Of a DNA stretch of 39,051 bases, positions 19,158 through 28,468 are shown in pieces. Made by a program: the position numbers and the translations under genes. Under the pieces are notes generated by a model that saw only the letters and a program-made list of their open reading frames with translations, did not search any database and was not told the DNA's origin. Origin of the DNA: a virus. Lineage: Duplodnaviria > Caudoviricetes. How positions within the stretch are numbered: the stretch's first letter is position 1; every line of letters begins with the position of its first letter. Location of the stretch: positions 1 through 39,051 of the IMG/VR virus record IMGVR_UViG_3300033067_002375; one strand, given 5' to 3'.

Positions 19158-19637
19158 ATGGCAGTAAAAAAGGATATTAAAAAGCCCAAAAAAAAGGCAA
19201 CCAAGTCAGATTCTTTCTCAAATAAAAACTATGGTTTAAAGCTTTACATGATGGGTATGCAGCAAAATGAAATTGCTGAAAGATGTGGAGTTTCTGCCCA
19301 AACCATTACGGAATGGAAACAAAAATATGATTGGGAAACAAAGAGGGCATCTCGTAGTGTATCGTTGGAAGAGCTTGCAAACAAATGCATACAAAAAGCC
19401 AGTGAGTTATTGGATTCGCCCAATTTTAATGCAGATGCATTTGCAAAAGCAATTGCACAATTAAAAACACTTATTCCAAAAAATACGGCTGATACAGATA
19501 TTATGACATTCATGGGCTTTCAGGATTTTTTATTAGAGCTAAGGCATGAGGAAAATATAACAGAAACTTTTATAAAATCATTAACCAGTTTACAGGACAG
19601 GTACATCAGAAAACGCTTAGGACATGAACAAAAATAG
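19158..19637 (+). CDS. Putative terminase small subunit (HTH protein)
   Basis: HTH 'QNEIAERCGVSAQTITEWK'; overlaps the start of the large terminase. Confidence 0.7.
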   Translation: MAVKKDIKKPKKKATKSDSFSNKNYGLKLYMMGMQQNEIAERCGVSAQTITEWKQKYDWETKRASRSVSLEELANKCIQKASELLDSPNFNADAFAKAIAQLKTLIPKNTADTDIMTFMGFQDFLLELRHEENITETFIKSLTSLQDRYIRKRLGHEQK

Positions 19638-21186
19638 CCAAGTATCAAAAGCGCTTTGGGAACGATGGCTAAAGCGTACTGCATGGGTGCAAAGCGCTAC
19701 TTTCTGCAAAGAAATAAGCGAACAGGAAAAGTTTACTAAACGCTCTAAAATAGAGCTAAAGTATTCCACCTGGTTTGAATTTATTTTTCCGCATTACAAA
19801 AGCAAATGTGCAAAGTTTCATGATGAGATGGCCGATGCGTTGGTGAAGCACAAAAACATCCGGCTGCTTAATGAAATATATAGAAGTGGTGCAAAATCGG
19901 TGCATGCCGATATGGGCATACCATTATACCTATACCTGGTGCATAAAGATTTATTTTTTATGCTGCTTATGGGTGAAACGGAGCCAAAGGCAAAAAGGTT
20001 ATTAAGTGATATACAAATTGAATTGCAGTTTAATGAGATTTTAAAAACTTATTACGGCAACCGGTTTCAATTTGGTTCATGGGCCGAGGGTGATTTTACA
20101 ACAGTAGATGGTGTTGTTTTTTTGGCAATGGGTTTTGGGCAAAATGTACGTGGTGCAAGGGTACTTAATAAACGGCCTGATTATATTGCTGTGGATGATG
20201 TTGATAACAAAAGGCATGTTAACAACGACAGGTTAATGATTGAGGCTGTTGATTATATAACAGAAGATATTTGGGGCCTTTTTGATGCTCAGGATAATGG
20301 TACCGAAAGGTTTGTGTACAACAATAACAACTTTGCCAAAAACAGTATTACCAACAGGCTTAAAAAGTATTTTATTGAGGTACTTGAAAAGAATAAACGG
20401 GAAAACATAAAGAGTGATACATTTTTTAAAGTATTAACTGTAAAAGCCGTTAAGGACACTGTAAATTTTGAACCATCGTGGCCCGAAAAAACCAGTGCAA
20501 AATATTGGCGTAATAAGTACAACAGTATGCCATACCGTTCTTTTATGAGAGAATATATGCATGTGCATATTGCTGATGGCTCTATTTTTAAGCATGAAGA
20601 TATTTTGTACACAGAGCCATTGCCGCTAAAGAATTATGAAGCCCTTTGCCTGTATGGCGATATGAGCTATAAAGAAAATGCCGATTATAAGGCATTGGTA
20701 TTGGTTGGAAAAACAGGCAGAAACTTTCATGTACTTTATAGCTATTTAAGGCAAAAGAGCCGCAAAGATGCAGCCAAATGGCTGTACAATTTATATGAGG
20801 ATGAAAAGCTGAATAAATACAATATCCGATATAAAATTGAGGGCCTTTTTGCTCAGGATGATTTTGTAAATGATTTTAACATGGAAGGTGATGAACGGGG
20901 ATATTTTATACCGATTGTTGCCGATAAACGACCCAAAGAGGGCAAGTATGACAGGATTGAAAGTATTGCAGGTTTTTTTGAGAGGCATAATGTTTTCTTT
21001 AGCCAGCAACACTCCAACAGCGATATGCAAATTCTGATTGATCAGTTTCTTGCATTTGAAAAAGGCAGCAAAGCCCATGATGATGGCCCTGATGCCACAC
21101 ATGGCGCATTTAGTTATTTGAACATGAGAACACACAAAAAGAATACACAATACAGGGTACAGTTAAGGCCATCACGTAAATATTAA
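19624..21186 (+). CDS. terL: Terminase large subunit
   Basis: Walker A-like YRSGAKS, Walker B YIAVDD, nuclease motifs LYGDMS and HDDGPDA. Confidence 0.9.
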   Translation: MNKNSQVSKALWERWLKRTAWVQSATFCKEISEQEKFTKRSKIELKYSTWFEFIFPHYKSKCAKFHDEMADALVKHKNIRLLNEIYRSGAKSVHADMGIPLYLYLVHKDLFFMLLMGETEPKAKRLLSDIQIELQFNEILKTYYGNRFQFGSWAEGDFTTVDGVVFLAMGFGQNVRGARVLNKRPDYIAVDDVDNKRHVNNDRLMIEAVDYITEDIWGLFDAQDNGTERFVYNNNNFAKNSITNRLKKYFIEVLEKNKRENIKSDTFFKVLTVKAVKDTVNFEPSWPEKTSAKYWRNKYNSMPYRSFMREYMHVHIADGSIFKHEDILYTEPLPLKNYEALCLYGDMSYKENADYKALVLVGKTGRNFHVLYSYLRQKSRKDAAKWLYNLYEDEKLNKYNIRYKIEGLFAQDDFVNDFNMEGDERGYFIPIVADKRPKEGKYDRIESIAGFFERHNVFFSQQHSNSDMQILIDQFLAFEKGSKAHDDGPDATHGAFSYLNMRTHKKNTQYRVQLRPSRKY

Positions 21187-21195
21187 ACTTTAAAT

Positions 21196-21654
21196 ATGCC
21201 ATTTTTAAGCAAAGATGAATTGAAAACTGTTGCATACAGTTACCAGGTATCGCAGATAACCGAAGATGATGATTATATAGTATTACAAGCAATTGAAACT
21301 GCTACTAAAGAAGTTGCAGGATATTTGCGCCGCAATAATAAAAAAGAGTACAATGATGGGCGTATTGTATATGATGTTACTGCTGTATTTGCTGCCACCG
21401 GAAATGCCAGGCATCCGCTTATTTTACAGTACTGCAAAATTGCAGCGCTTTGGCACCTTATAACATTATGTAATGTAGATATGTTATATGAGCATGTAAA
21501 AGAACGATACGACAGGGCCATTGACTATTTAAAGAAAGTGAACAAAGGCGATATAACAATGGATTTGCCCATATTGGCAACACCAGCTCCCGGAGAAGAT
21601 AACAGCGGACAACCTTTTCGCTTTGGCAGCCGTATAAAATTCAATCACGAATAA
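21196..21654 (+). CDS. Mu gp36-like head-tail adaptor (DUF1320)
   Basis: 'EVAGYL...ERYDRAIDYLKKVNKG.I..DLP' pattern. Confidence 0.8.
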   Translation: MPFLSKDELKTVAYSYQVSQITEDDDYIVLQAIETATKEVAGYLRRNNKKEYNDGRIVYDVTAVFAATGNARHPLILQYCKIAALWHLITLCNVDMLYEHVKERYDRAIDYLKKVNKGDITMDLPILATPAPGEDNSGQPFRFGSRIKFNHE

Positions 21655-21665
21655 ACTGATTTTAA

Positions 21666-22910
21666 ATGAAATTTAATTTAGGGCAAAAGATTGCTTCAAA
21701 ATTGTTTGGTGGACAAATTACCAGTATGGTAAGATTAGGCATTGTAAAAGAGCTTACCAAAAAAGGTAAATCATTGGGATGGACACCAAAGAGTATTTAC
21801 CATACCAGGTCTGATATTAAGACATGGAATGAATCGCAGGATTTATTTTACAGTGTGGATGATCCAAAAACATACGCCATGCAATTGCTGTATAATGAAA
21901 TAAAGTTGGATGCTCATTTAACATCGCAGATTGAAAACCGTAAACAGCAGGTTTTTAGCTCATCCTTTACCCTTAAAAATGCAAAAGGTGATATTGATGA
22001 GGTAGAAACATTGAAGCTTAAAAAATCAATGGCATACCGTGTTATTACAGATGCCATGCTGGAAACAGAAGACATGGGCAACAGCCTGTTGCAACTGGAT
22101 ATTACAGCCGATAAAAAGGTATTGGTGCAACTGGTACCACGTACCAATGTAGTACCGCAAAAAGGGCTTTTTTATCGTGATTATACCGGCATCGAAAAAA
22201 TTGAATATCGCAACCTGCCCGATTACGGAAAATGGCTTATTGAATTTAACGCCGGGCACATTGGCTTACTCAATAAAGCCATACCGCATGTATTGTTTAA
22301 ACGATTTGCACAAAGCTGTTGGAGTGAACTTTGTGAGATATACGGCATACCACCCCGTGTAATGAAAACAAATACACAAGACCCTTCCATGCTGAGCCGG
22401 GCCGAAACCATGATGAAAGATATGGGAGCTGCTGCCTGGTTCATTATTGATGAAACCGAAAGTTTTGAATTTGCCAAAGCTGCTGCTGATAGCAGTGGCA
22501 ATGTGTACGATGGATTAATAAAGCTTTGTAACAATGAAATAAGCCTACTTAAATGTGGTGCCATTATTGGACAAGATACCGTTAATGGAAACCGCAGTAA
22601 AGATGAAAGCGCCAGGGATGTGCTTTGGCAATTGGTAAAAAGTGATATGGAAAAATGTGAGCAATGGTGGAACGAAATTGTGCTGCCTGCTTTTGTAAAG
22701 ATTGGCGCTATGCCTGATGGCCTTAGCTTTGAATTTGATGAAGCTGAGGACATAAAACAGCTTTTTGAATTTACCAAAGGATTACTGCCGTTTAAAAAAG
22801 TAGATGATGCATGGTGTGAGGAAAAATTTGGTGTAAAGGTTTTAGGCGATAAAGACAGCGGAACCGGCAACGGAAATAACAATTCAAATCTTTCCTATTT
22901 TTTCGACTAA
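21666..22910 (+). CDS. Portal protein (Mu gp29 / DUF935-like)
   Basis: 'DAHLTSQIENRK', 'WSELCEIYGIPPR', 'CNNEIS' motifs. Confidence 0.85.
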   Translation: MKFNLGQKIASKLFGGQITSMVRLGIVKELTKKGKSLGWTPKSIYHTRSDIKTWNESQDLFYSVDDPKTYAMQLLYNEIKLDAHLTSQIENRKQQVFSSSFTLKNAKGDIDEVETLKLKKSMAYRVITDAMLETEDMGNSLLQLDITADKKVLVQLVPRTNVVPQKGLFYRDYTGIEKIEYRNLPDYGKWLIEFNAGHIGLLNKAIPHVLFKRFAQSCWSELCEIYGIPPRVMKTNTQDPSMLSRAETMMKDMGAAAWFIIDETESFEFAKAAADSSGNVYDGLIKLCNNEISLLKCGAIIGQDTVNGNRSKDESARDVLWQLVKSDMEKCEQWWNEIVLPAFVKIGAMPDGLSFEFDEAEDIKQLFEFTKGLLPFKKVDDAWCEEKFGVKVLGDKDSGTGNGNNNSNLSYFFD

Positions 22911-22929
22911 GCCCCCGCAGGCAGGGGGC
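22898..22929 (+). other. Programmed -1 ribosomal frameshift signal (portal to gpF)
   Basis: Slippery T TTT TTC (22898-22904), 6-nt spacer, stem GCCCCC/GGGGGC (22911-22929); the -1 frame runs open into ATG 22946. Confidence 0.75.
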
Positions 22930-22945
22930 GGCTGTTTTAAGTGAA

Positions 22946-23773
22946 ATGCATAAGCGTATTGGCTTAATGCATAATGCATGCTGTACAGGTACGTATTTGG
23001 TAAACCTTGCATTGGATGATAAGCAACTGAATGATGTAAAGGATGCATTTAATGCCGCCGCAAATGAGGTACATAAAAACAAAGGATTTACCAGCAAACA
23101 CCTTAAAAATAAGGCTGTAAAAAAACTTACCAAAGCCACTTATAAGGTTTTAAACGAAGCAGTAAAAGAAACAGTAAAAACCGAAATACCGGAAGATATG
23201 TTGCGTATGCTTCAAAACGATGTATTTATTTTTAGCGGTATGAAAACCTATGCTCAGCTAAAAGAAACCAGCCTTTTACTGATGGATGATACTGGTAACA
23301 TTAAGCCGGTAAGTTCCTTTATAAATGATGTACAGAAAATAAATAAAACTTACAATGAAAATTATTTAAGAGCTGAACATCAGTTTGCAATTTCCTCATC
23401 ACAATCAGCAGCCCAATGGCATAGTTATGCAAAAGATGGCGACAGGTATAATTTACAGATACGTACTGCCGGTGATGATAAGGTACGTAAGGAACATGCA
23501 TTGCTTAATAACATTACACTTTCACAAAGTGATAAGTTTTGGGTTACCCATTGGACACCATTTGATTGGGGTTGTCGCTGCCGTATCATCCAGGTACTTA
23601 AAAGCAAGTATGAAATTAGTGATACTGAAACCGCCATTGCTGCCGGTAAAAAAGCAGTGCCTGAAATGTTCAGGTACAATCCCGGTATCGAAAAAATTGT
23701 TTTCCCGCCAAAGCATCCATATTACAAGCTGAGCAAAGAAGCTTTAAATGTGGTTAAAAACGACAAGCCATAA
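22946..23773 (+). CDS. Minor head protein (Mu gpF / SPP1 gp7 family)
   Basis: 'RTAGDDKVRKEH...DKFW...PFDWGCRC' signature. Confidence 0.9.
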   Translation: MHKRIGLMHNACCTGTYLVNLALDDKQLNDVKDAFNAAANEVHKNKGFTSKHLKNKAVKKLTKATYKVLNEAVKETVKTEIPEDMLRMLQNDVFIFSGMKTYAQLKETSLLLMDDTGNIKPVSSFINDVQKINKTYNENYLRAEHQFAISSSQSAAQWHSYAKDGDRYNLQIRTAGDDKVRKEHALLNNITLSQSDKFWVTHWTPFDWGCRCRIIQVLKSKYEISDTETAIAAGKKAVPEMFRYNPGIEKIVFPPKHPYYKLSKEALNVVKNDKP

Positions 23774-24336
23774 TGGATTTTGAAACCTACTTTAAAAGGA
23801 TTTTAACTGATCTTAAAGTTGAACTGAGCGATGAGTTTGACAGGAACTTTGAGCGCAAAGGCTTTTTTGATCAGAAATGGCCTGAAAGCAAAACTGTTGC
23901 CGGTAATAAAGGTTCACTGATGTTGCGTACTGGGGCAGGCCGCCGCAGCATACATGCCAATATTGAGGGTACAAACATCGCATGGCGCTCATCCCTGCCA
24001 TACATGGGCATACATAATGAGGGCGGTGAAATTACAGTAACGGCACAAATGATAAAGTTTTTTTGGGCTATGTACTATAAAGCAACCGGCGCTTTATCAA
24101 AAACAAAAACCGGCGCTGTTTCAAATAACAAGCGCAATGCAGGACTTAGTAAAGAAGCTGGTATTTGGAAAGCACTGGCATTAATGAAACCGGGTGCAAA
24201 AATAAAGATACCTGAGCGCCGGTACATTGGCCCTCATCCGATGGTTGATGCATCGGTTAACCGTGTGGTTGATGAAAACATACAGCAGCTAAATAATGAT
24301 CTGCATAACACATTGCAAAATCAATTAAATAAATAA
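23773..24336 (+). CDS. Virion morphogenesis / tail completion protein (Mu gpG-like)
   Basis: 'LPYMGIHNEGG' and 'IPERRYIG' motifs. Confidence 0.85.
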   Translation: MDFETYFKRILTDLKVELSDEFDRNFERKGFFDQKWPESKTVAGNKGSLMLRTGAGRRSIHANIEGTNIAWRSSLPYMGIHNEGGEITVTAQMIKFFWAMYYKATGALSKTKTGAVSNNKRNAGLSKEAGIWKALALMKPGAKIKIPERRYIGPHPMVDASVNRVVDENIQQLNNDLHNTLQNQLNK

Positions 24337-24338
24337 CT

Positions 24339-24830
24339 ATGGATATTCTTTTAGGTGATATACAGGAAAGGCTAAGTATCGAAGTAAGCCAGCTTAAGTA
24401 TATAGATGAGGATTGGGGGCAACTGGATGATTACAGCCCCAATTTTCCGGTGCAATGGCCCTGCTGCCTTGTTGATTGCTTTACTGCTAATTATGAGAAT
24501 GCCGGGAAAAATACCCAATTGGGTTTGGCAACGGTACGAGTTTTAATTGCTGATGTAAAGCTCACTAATAGCAGCAAGCAGGCACCATCCGGGCAAAAAA
24601 CACAAAGCAAAAGTTTTTACCTGCTGATGAAAGATATTTATAAGGCATTACAGGGATGGGCGGGCCATGATCATTACAGCAAGCTTATACGCATAAGAGA
24701 GGGCAGGATAAAACGAAATGATGGTGTAAGGGCGCATGAAATGTTATTTACTGTGGAAATAAAAGATACCAGCGCCATGCCTGTACTTACAATACTTACA
24801 GCACCTGATATAATATTTGAACAGCTTTAA
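24339..24830 (+). CDS. Tail terminator-like protein (Mu gp37-like)
   Basis: 'YIDEDWGQL...PVQWPCCLVD...IYKALQGW'; last gene of the block. Confidence 0.65.
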   Translation: MDILLGDIQERLSIEVSQLKYIDEDWGQLDDYSPNFPVQWPCCLVDCFTANYENAGKNTQLGLATVRVLIADVKLTNSSKQAPSGQKTQSKSFYLLMKDIYKALQGWAGHDHYSKLIRIREGRIKRNDGVRAHEMLFTVEIKDTSAMPVLTILTAPDIIFEQL

Positions 24831-25039
24831 ACTGCAAATAAATTAAGCTGATTTTTTGGCAGGGATGATATTGGGGTACCTTTAATGTACATCCATGTAC
24901 GGTAACTTATGTATATATTATGTTTGGGAAAAACATTGCGTACAATGGAGGTATCAGGCACATCGTCATTTTTGTGATGGTTATATATCGCCACAATATT
25001 TGCTATTCGTTTTAAATGATTATTACGGTTGTATGCCAT
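24827..25039 (-). CDS. Small basic DNA-binding protein, candidate late transcription activator
   Basis: 70 aa from ATG 25039 (MAYNRNN...ISYRTWMYI), HTH-like; position analogous to Mu mor/C; inference. Confidence 0.55.
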   Translation of the reverse strand: MAYNRNNHLKRIANIVAIYNHHKNDDVPDTSIVRNVFPKHNIYISYRTWMYIKGTPISSLPKNQLNLFAV

Positions 25040-25046
25040 TAAGGCA

Positions 25047-25054
25047 CAAAAATA
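25047..25054 (-). promoter_or_regulatory. Bacteroidota -7 promoter element
   Basis: TATTTTTG matches TAnnTTTG, 7 nt upstream of ATG 25039; preceded by an AAAGGCAC/GTGCCTTT hairpin. Confidence 0.5.
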
Positions 25055-25148
25055 AAAAAGGCACCATGTATTTAACACAGTGCCTTTGATAACTTATACA
25101 TCAATATATTAACTACTGTTTTTGTACTTTAAGTAAAATTAAAGTTTA

Positions 25149-25526
25149 TTACTGATTATCTACCTTTATCAAATTGCCGCTTATATCAGCCTCGGCACGT
25201 ACTATTTTAGTAAGTACACCACCGAAACCATTTTTACCTCTGTAAGTCATTTTAATAATAATGGTATCCCTGCCATTATCCCAATAGTTGGTTTTTACAT
25301 GCTCAAAGCTTTCAGGATCATTCATGTTGCTTTTTACAAATTCCACTAATGTTTTATGACTTCCATCCCAAGCGCTGAAAGATTTTTTTAATATTTCTTC
25401 CCTTGCTGTACTATCATTTTTAAATCCTGAATTTGTACTGTTATCACTTTTTATTTTTGGTATTAATGCAAAAATTACCATTAACAAAATGAAGATGATT
25501 GAAAGTGCTAAGATTATTTTTTTCAT
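25149..25526 (-). CDS. Membrane-anchored hypothetical protein (moron-like)
   Basis: N-terminal TM/signal segment; 'FSAWDGSH..LV..VK..MNDPESFEH' domain. Confidence 0.7.
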   Translation of the reverse strand: MKKIILALSIIFILLMVIFALIPKIKSDNSTNSGFKNDSTAREEILKKSFSAWDGSHKTLVEFVKSNMNDPESFEHVKTNYWDNGRDTIIIKMTYRGKNGFGGVLTKIVRAEADISGNLIKVDNQ

Positions 25527-25551
25527 GATGTGTATTTTTTAGCTTTAAAAT

Positions 25552-25974
25552 TTAATTCTCCCATAATCTTGATCTTAAATAGGTTTCAACATACTTAACG
25601 CCAATACCAGGCTCTAAGTTACGTAAATAAAAATTCCAATGATTATCTGCCGCATCCCGATCAATCTGTTTCATTTTATCCCAAATTTTTCGACTTATGG
25701 CTTTGCTGCTGTTTTTATTTACACAAGCTTTTGGCCAAAATTCATCAAAGGTTACAGCAGTTCTAATTTGCATAGTAAGTTTTGCGCCTTTACTTGCCTT
25801 TAAAACAGCTTGTAATTCGGTAAAAGTTTTGGGCAACCGGTTGCTAATCCATTCATGCTGCTTATCGGTTAATGTGGCATTGGTAGTATCATACTTAATT
25901 AATCGACCTGCCTCATCAAACTGAAACAGGATATTGCCAGTAAACTGAGCGCTTGTAAATAAATAGGTTTTCAT
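25552..25974 (-). CDS. Hypothetical protein with C-terminal helical DNA-binding-like domain
   Basis: 'TFDEFW...K...KIWDKM...KYVETYL...WEN' resembles C-termini of phage replication proteins. Confidence 0.6.
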   Translation of the reverse strand: MKTYLFTSAQFTGNILFQFDEAGRLIKYDTTNATLTDKQHEWISNRLPKTFTELQAVLKASKGAKLTMQIRTAVTFDEFWPKACVNKNSSKAISRKIWDKMKQIDRDAADNHWNFYLRNLEPGIGVKYVETYLRSRLWEN

Positions 25975-26384
25975 TATTGTGCTAATTTATTTCTGATAGA
26001 TTTTTGCCAATCAATTTTCATCTTTTCTGCAATGCTTATCAATACAAATAACTCACCGGTGGTATAATCATTGAAAGCCTTTTTAATACCCTTTACACCC
26101 TGTTTTTCTGCCCATAAAATGGCATCGGCAGTTTGCTTGTTCATGCTTTTAAAGATGGCAATAATGGCTTTACGCATTCTGTCGGCCTTATCATTAGCAA
26201 TCGGTTGTGGTGCCACCACCCTTAGCAGCCTTGTAAGTTCCTGCAACTCCCAATCGGTTAAATCTTTCAGGGATGATTTAGCGCCATTCGTAAATTCCTT
26301 TACTTGTTCATCTTTGCTGTTGGGGTTGCCCCGTTTTACACTATTGTTATAAGCGGCAAAGAAAGGGGCGTATCTGTTAGCCAT
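25974..26384 (-). CDS. GemA-like (Mu gp16 / DUF1018-like) protein
   Basis: 'SSLKDLTDWEL' and 'DRMRKAIIA' pattern; position at the end of the early region. Confidence 0.55.
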   Translation of the reverse strand: MANRYAPFFAAYNNSVKRGNPNSKDEQVKEFTNGAKSSLKDLTDWELQELTRLLRVVAPQPIANDKADRMRKAIIAIFKSMNKQTADAILWAEKQGVKGIKKAFNDYTTGELFVLISIAEKMKIDWQKSIRNKLAQ

Positions 26385-26429
26385 TTTAATTTTTTTTAAT
26401 TTTATACTTGTTTAATAATTATAGTAATT

Positions 26430-26765
26430 CTAATAGTTGCAGGTTTTTATTTTTACATTAAATTTAATTTTATACTCTTTTACAGAAATTCGATGCCCAA
26501 GGCGGTGGCGATAAATCCAAAAATCCATTGCCGGGCATGGGTGCGTTATATACAACCCTCCAAAAATGTATTTAAACACAATATCGGTTTGGTTGGGTAT
26601 ATGTATGCTGTTAACACCGATACGGCGTTTTATGCCGTTTTCTGTTACAATAACATGCTTCCAGCCGTTTGCATCTTGCACCCTGTAACTTTTACCCCTG
26701 TAACTTATTGTTTGCACCCTGTAACTTTTTTGTTTTTTAAGTAGTATTTTTTGGATATGTAACAA
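26430..26765 (-). pseudogene. ORF probably decapitated by the cassette array insertion
   Basis: Only a TTG start, directly preceded by TAA and 8 nt from the array junction; contains internal direct repeats. Confidence 0.4.
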
Positions 26766-26788
26766 TTACTGTGTTATGGGCAATACTA

Positions 26789-27574
26789 TCAGTCCGTACA
26801 GCTACAAGCAATTTCTTCATTATGACTATCGACAAAATCAAAAAGCGTTTTTTGTTGCGACAATTCATAAATGGTTCTAAAACTTATATCTTGACGAAAG
26901 CCGTGTTTGCCACGTTTAAATTTTTCTTCCAATTCTGCCCATTCTAAAAACTCTTGTGGGTATTCTTTTGCAAGAGCAATTAGTTTTGGCAATGATTTTA
27001 AAAAACAAAATTTGCAGTTGCCTTTGTAGTTTGGAATTTCAAGTTTAAAAGGCTGTTCATTCCAAAAATTATTTACGTCTGTTTTTGTTATTAATCCATA
27101 ATGCAACGGCAGTAAATGTTTTTCTTTCATTCTATGAACTCTCAAAGGTTCATCATATCTCAATCCTAAAGCTGTTATGTAATCATTAGGCTTGTAACCA
27201 AGTTCAACAGCATATTTTTTTGCAGGGTGTTCTTTAATTCGGCTTGTGCAATAACGCATCATTCTATTTGGTAAATAGCCAGTTTTTTTTATCAATTCAA
27301 TTAAATCCTTTTTTCTCTTTTCAACTTTTATATTATAGTAGCTTTCAAACTGTTCTATAAATTGGTATGTTTCAGGCATTTCTTGACCTGTATCGCCAAA
27401 GAAAAAATGAATATCATTGCCAATTCTATTCGGGTATTTTTCACAGAAATAAGCACCCATTAAAGCAGACGATTGACCGCCAGAAAAGCTAACTAAAATA
27501 GCCGTACTGCCCATAACATCGTATTGCCACAATTTGGGCAGACGTGCTGAAATCAACTGAATATCTTTAATCAT
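26789..27574 (-). CDS. PAPS-reductase-family (PP-loop) protein, cassette 1
   Basis: 'VSFSGGQSS' PP-loop, 'DTGQE', 'RYCTSRIK', 'GNCKFCF', terminal CSC. ATG 27574 preferred; 27514 is an alternative. Confidence 0.85.
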   Translation of the reverse strand: MIKDIQLISARLPKLWQYDVMGSTAILVSFSGGQSSALMGAYFCEKYPNRIGNDIHFFFGDTGQEMPETYQFIEQFESYYNIKVEKRKKDLIELIKKTGYLPNRMMRYCTSRIKEHPAKKYAVELGYKPNDYITALGLRYDEPLRVHRMKEKHLLPLHYGLITKTDVNNFWNEQPFKLEIPNYKGNCKFCFLKSLPKLIALAKEYPQEFLEWAELEEKFKRGKHGFRQDISFRTIYELSQQKTLFDFVDSHNEEIACSCTD

Positions 27575-27643
27575 CTTTTGTATAAATTTTGAACTGGCGA
27601 ACAATGAATGCCCAAACTGACGGCAATACGTAGACCGTTAGTG
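27511..27643 (+). repeat. attC-like site 1
   Basis: CCATAAC-AT-CGTATTGCC..TTTGGGCA ... TGCCCAAA..GGCAATACG-TAGACC-G|TTAGTG; 133 bp. Confidence 0.85.
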
Positions 27644-27649
27644 GCAATG

Positions 27650-28021
27650 CTACCTGTATCGTTCTTTGATAGCTTCTGCCAACTTAGTTGCATCTTCTTT
27701 CGTTCTGTTGCTGTCCAAAATTTCCTTTTTATCTTCTTCGGATAAACTTTCGTCATTGTTCATATCCTGCAATTCTTTCTCGTCAATATCTGTATGGTAA
27801 TCAATAAATTCTTCTGTATTGCAAAACGGGCAAGGCGGATTATCACCACTTGAAATAAGTCCGCTTTCATCGCATTTATCTAAATCCCATAAATAACCAT
27901 CTATACAAGTGGCATCGGGATATGAAGCACCGAAAAAAGGAAATTCAGGACACTGATGAATAACCGCACTGCCACTAACATCGGTTTGGCAAGATTGTGG
28001 CTTTTGTTCTAAATTGTTCAT
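27650..28021 (-). CDS. Cys/acidic-rich hypothetical protein, cassette 2
   Basis: 123 aa with C..., C and CPFC (possible metal binding); N-terminus is encoded inside attC2. Confidence 0.75.
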   Translation of the reverse strand: MNNLEQKPQSCQTDVSGSAVIHQCPEFPFFGASYPDATCIDGYLWDLDKCDESGLISSGDNPPCPFCNTEEFIDYHTDIDEKELQDMNNDESLSEEDKKEILDSNRTKEDATKLAEAIKERYR

Positions 28022-28105
28022 TTGTAATTCTATTTAACGTTAGTAATAAATTTGAGCGATAGTTTTTCAAAGTCCACAACCTCGCCAAGCCGTGAACCGT
28101 TACCT
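27973..28105 (+). repeat. attC-like site 2
   Basis: CACTAAC-AT-CGGTTTGGCAAGATTGTGG ... CCACAACCTCGCCAAGCCG-TGAACC-G|TTACCT; 133 bp. Confidence 0.85.
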
Positions 28106-28279
28106 GCCATTTTTAGACCGACTATCTACATAAAAGATAATCAAGTTAATGACAGAATACATTATGGATAAAACTCCCAATATCCATAGAAAATAATTAT
28201 CGGAAGGTTTTAAATCTCCGTTTGTAACGAGCATCCAAATTGCCCATAATGTGATTAAAATAAATGATATGTATTTCAT
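28100..28279 (-). CDS. Small two-TM membrane protein, cassette 3
   Basis: 59 aa from ATG 28279, with upstream in-frame ATGs inside attC3; stop TAA lies in the cassette junction. Confidence 0.6.
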   Translation of the reverse strand: MKYISFILITLWAIWMLVTNGDLKPSDNYFLWILGVLSIMYSVINLIIFYVDSRSKNGR

Positions 28280-28298
28280 AATTTGAAAATAAAACGGC

Positions 28299-28429
28299 AG
28301 GTAACACGTGTTTTGCGCTATGGCGGGTAAAGTGCAAAATTCAGCGTTAGTGCCTTTGTTGAACATTTGTGTTAAATTTAAAGTGTTGTGCCTTGAAACC
28401 GCCACATCGCAAAGCACCATCCGTTAGTT
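28299..28429 (+). repeat. attC-like site 3
   Basis: AGGTAAC-AC-GTGTTTTGCGCTATGGCGG ... CCGCCACATCGCAAAGCAC-CATCC-G|TTAGTT; 131 bp. Confidence 0.85.
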
Positions 28430-28468
28430 TCTATTTTTTCCCCTTGCCACACATCCGGCTCCGGTTCA

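Noticed and set aside
22223-22882. Long antisense ORFs (also 4561-5046, 10631-11134, 11188-11691 and similar)
   Set aside because: Shadows of well-supported genes on the opposite strand, with no motifs.
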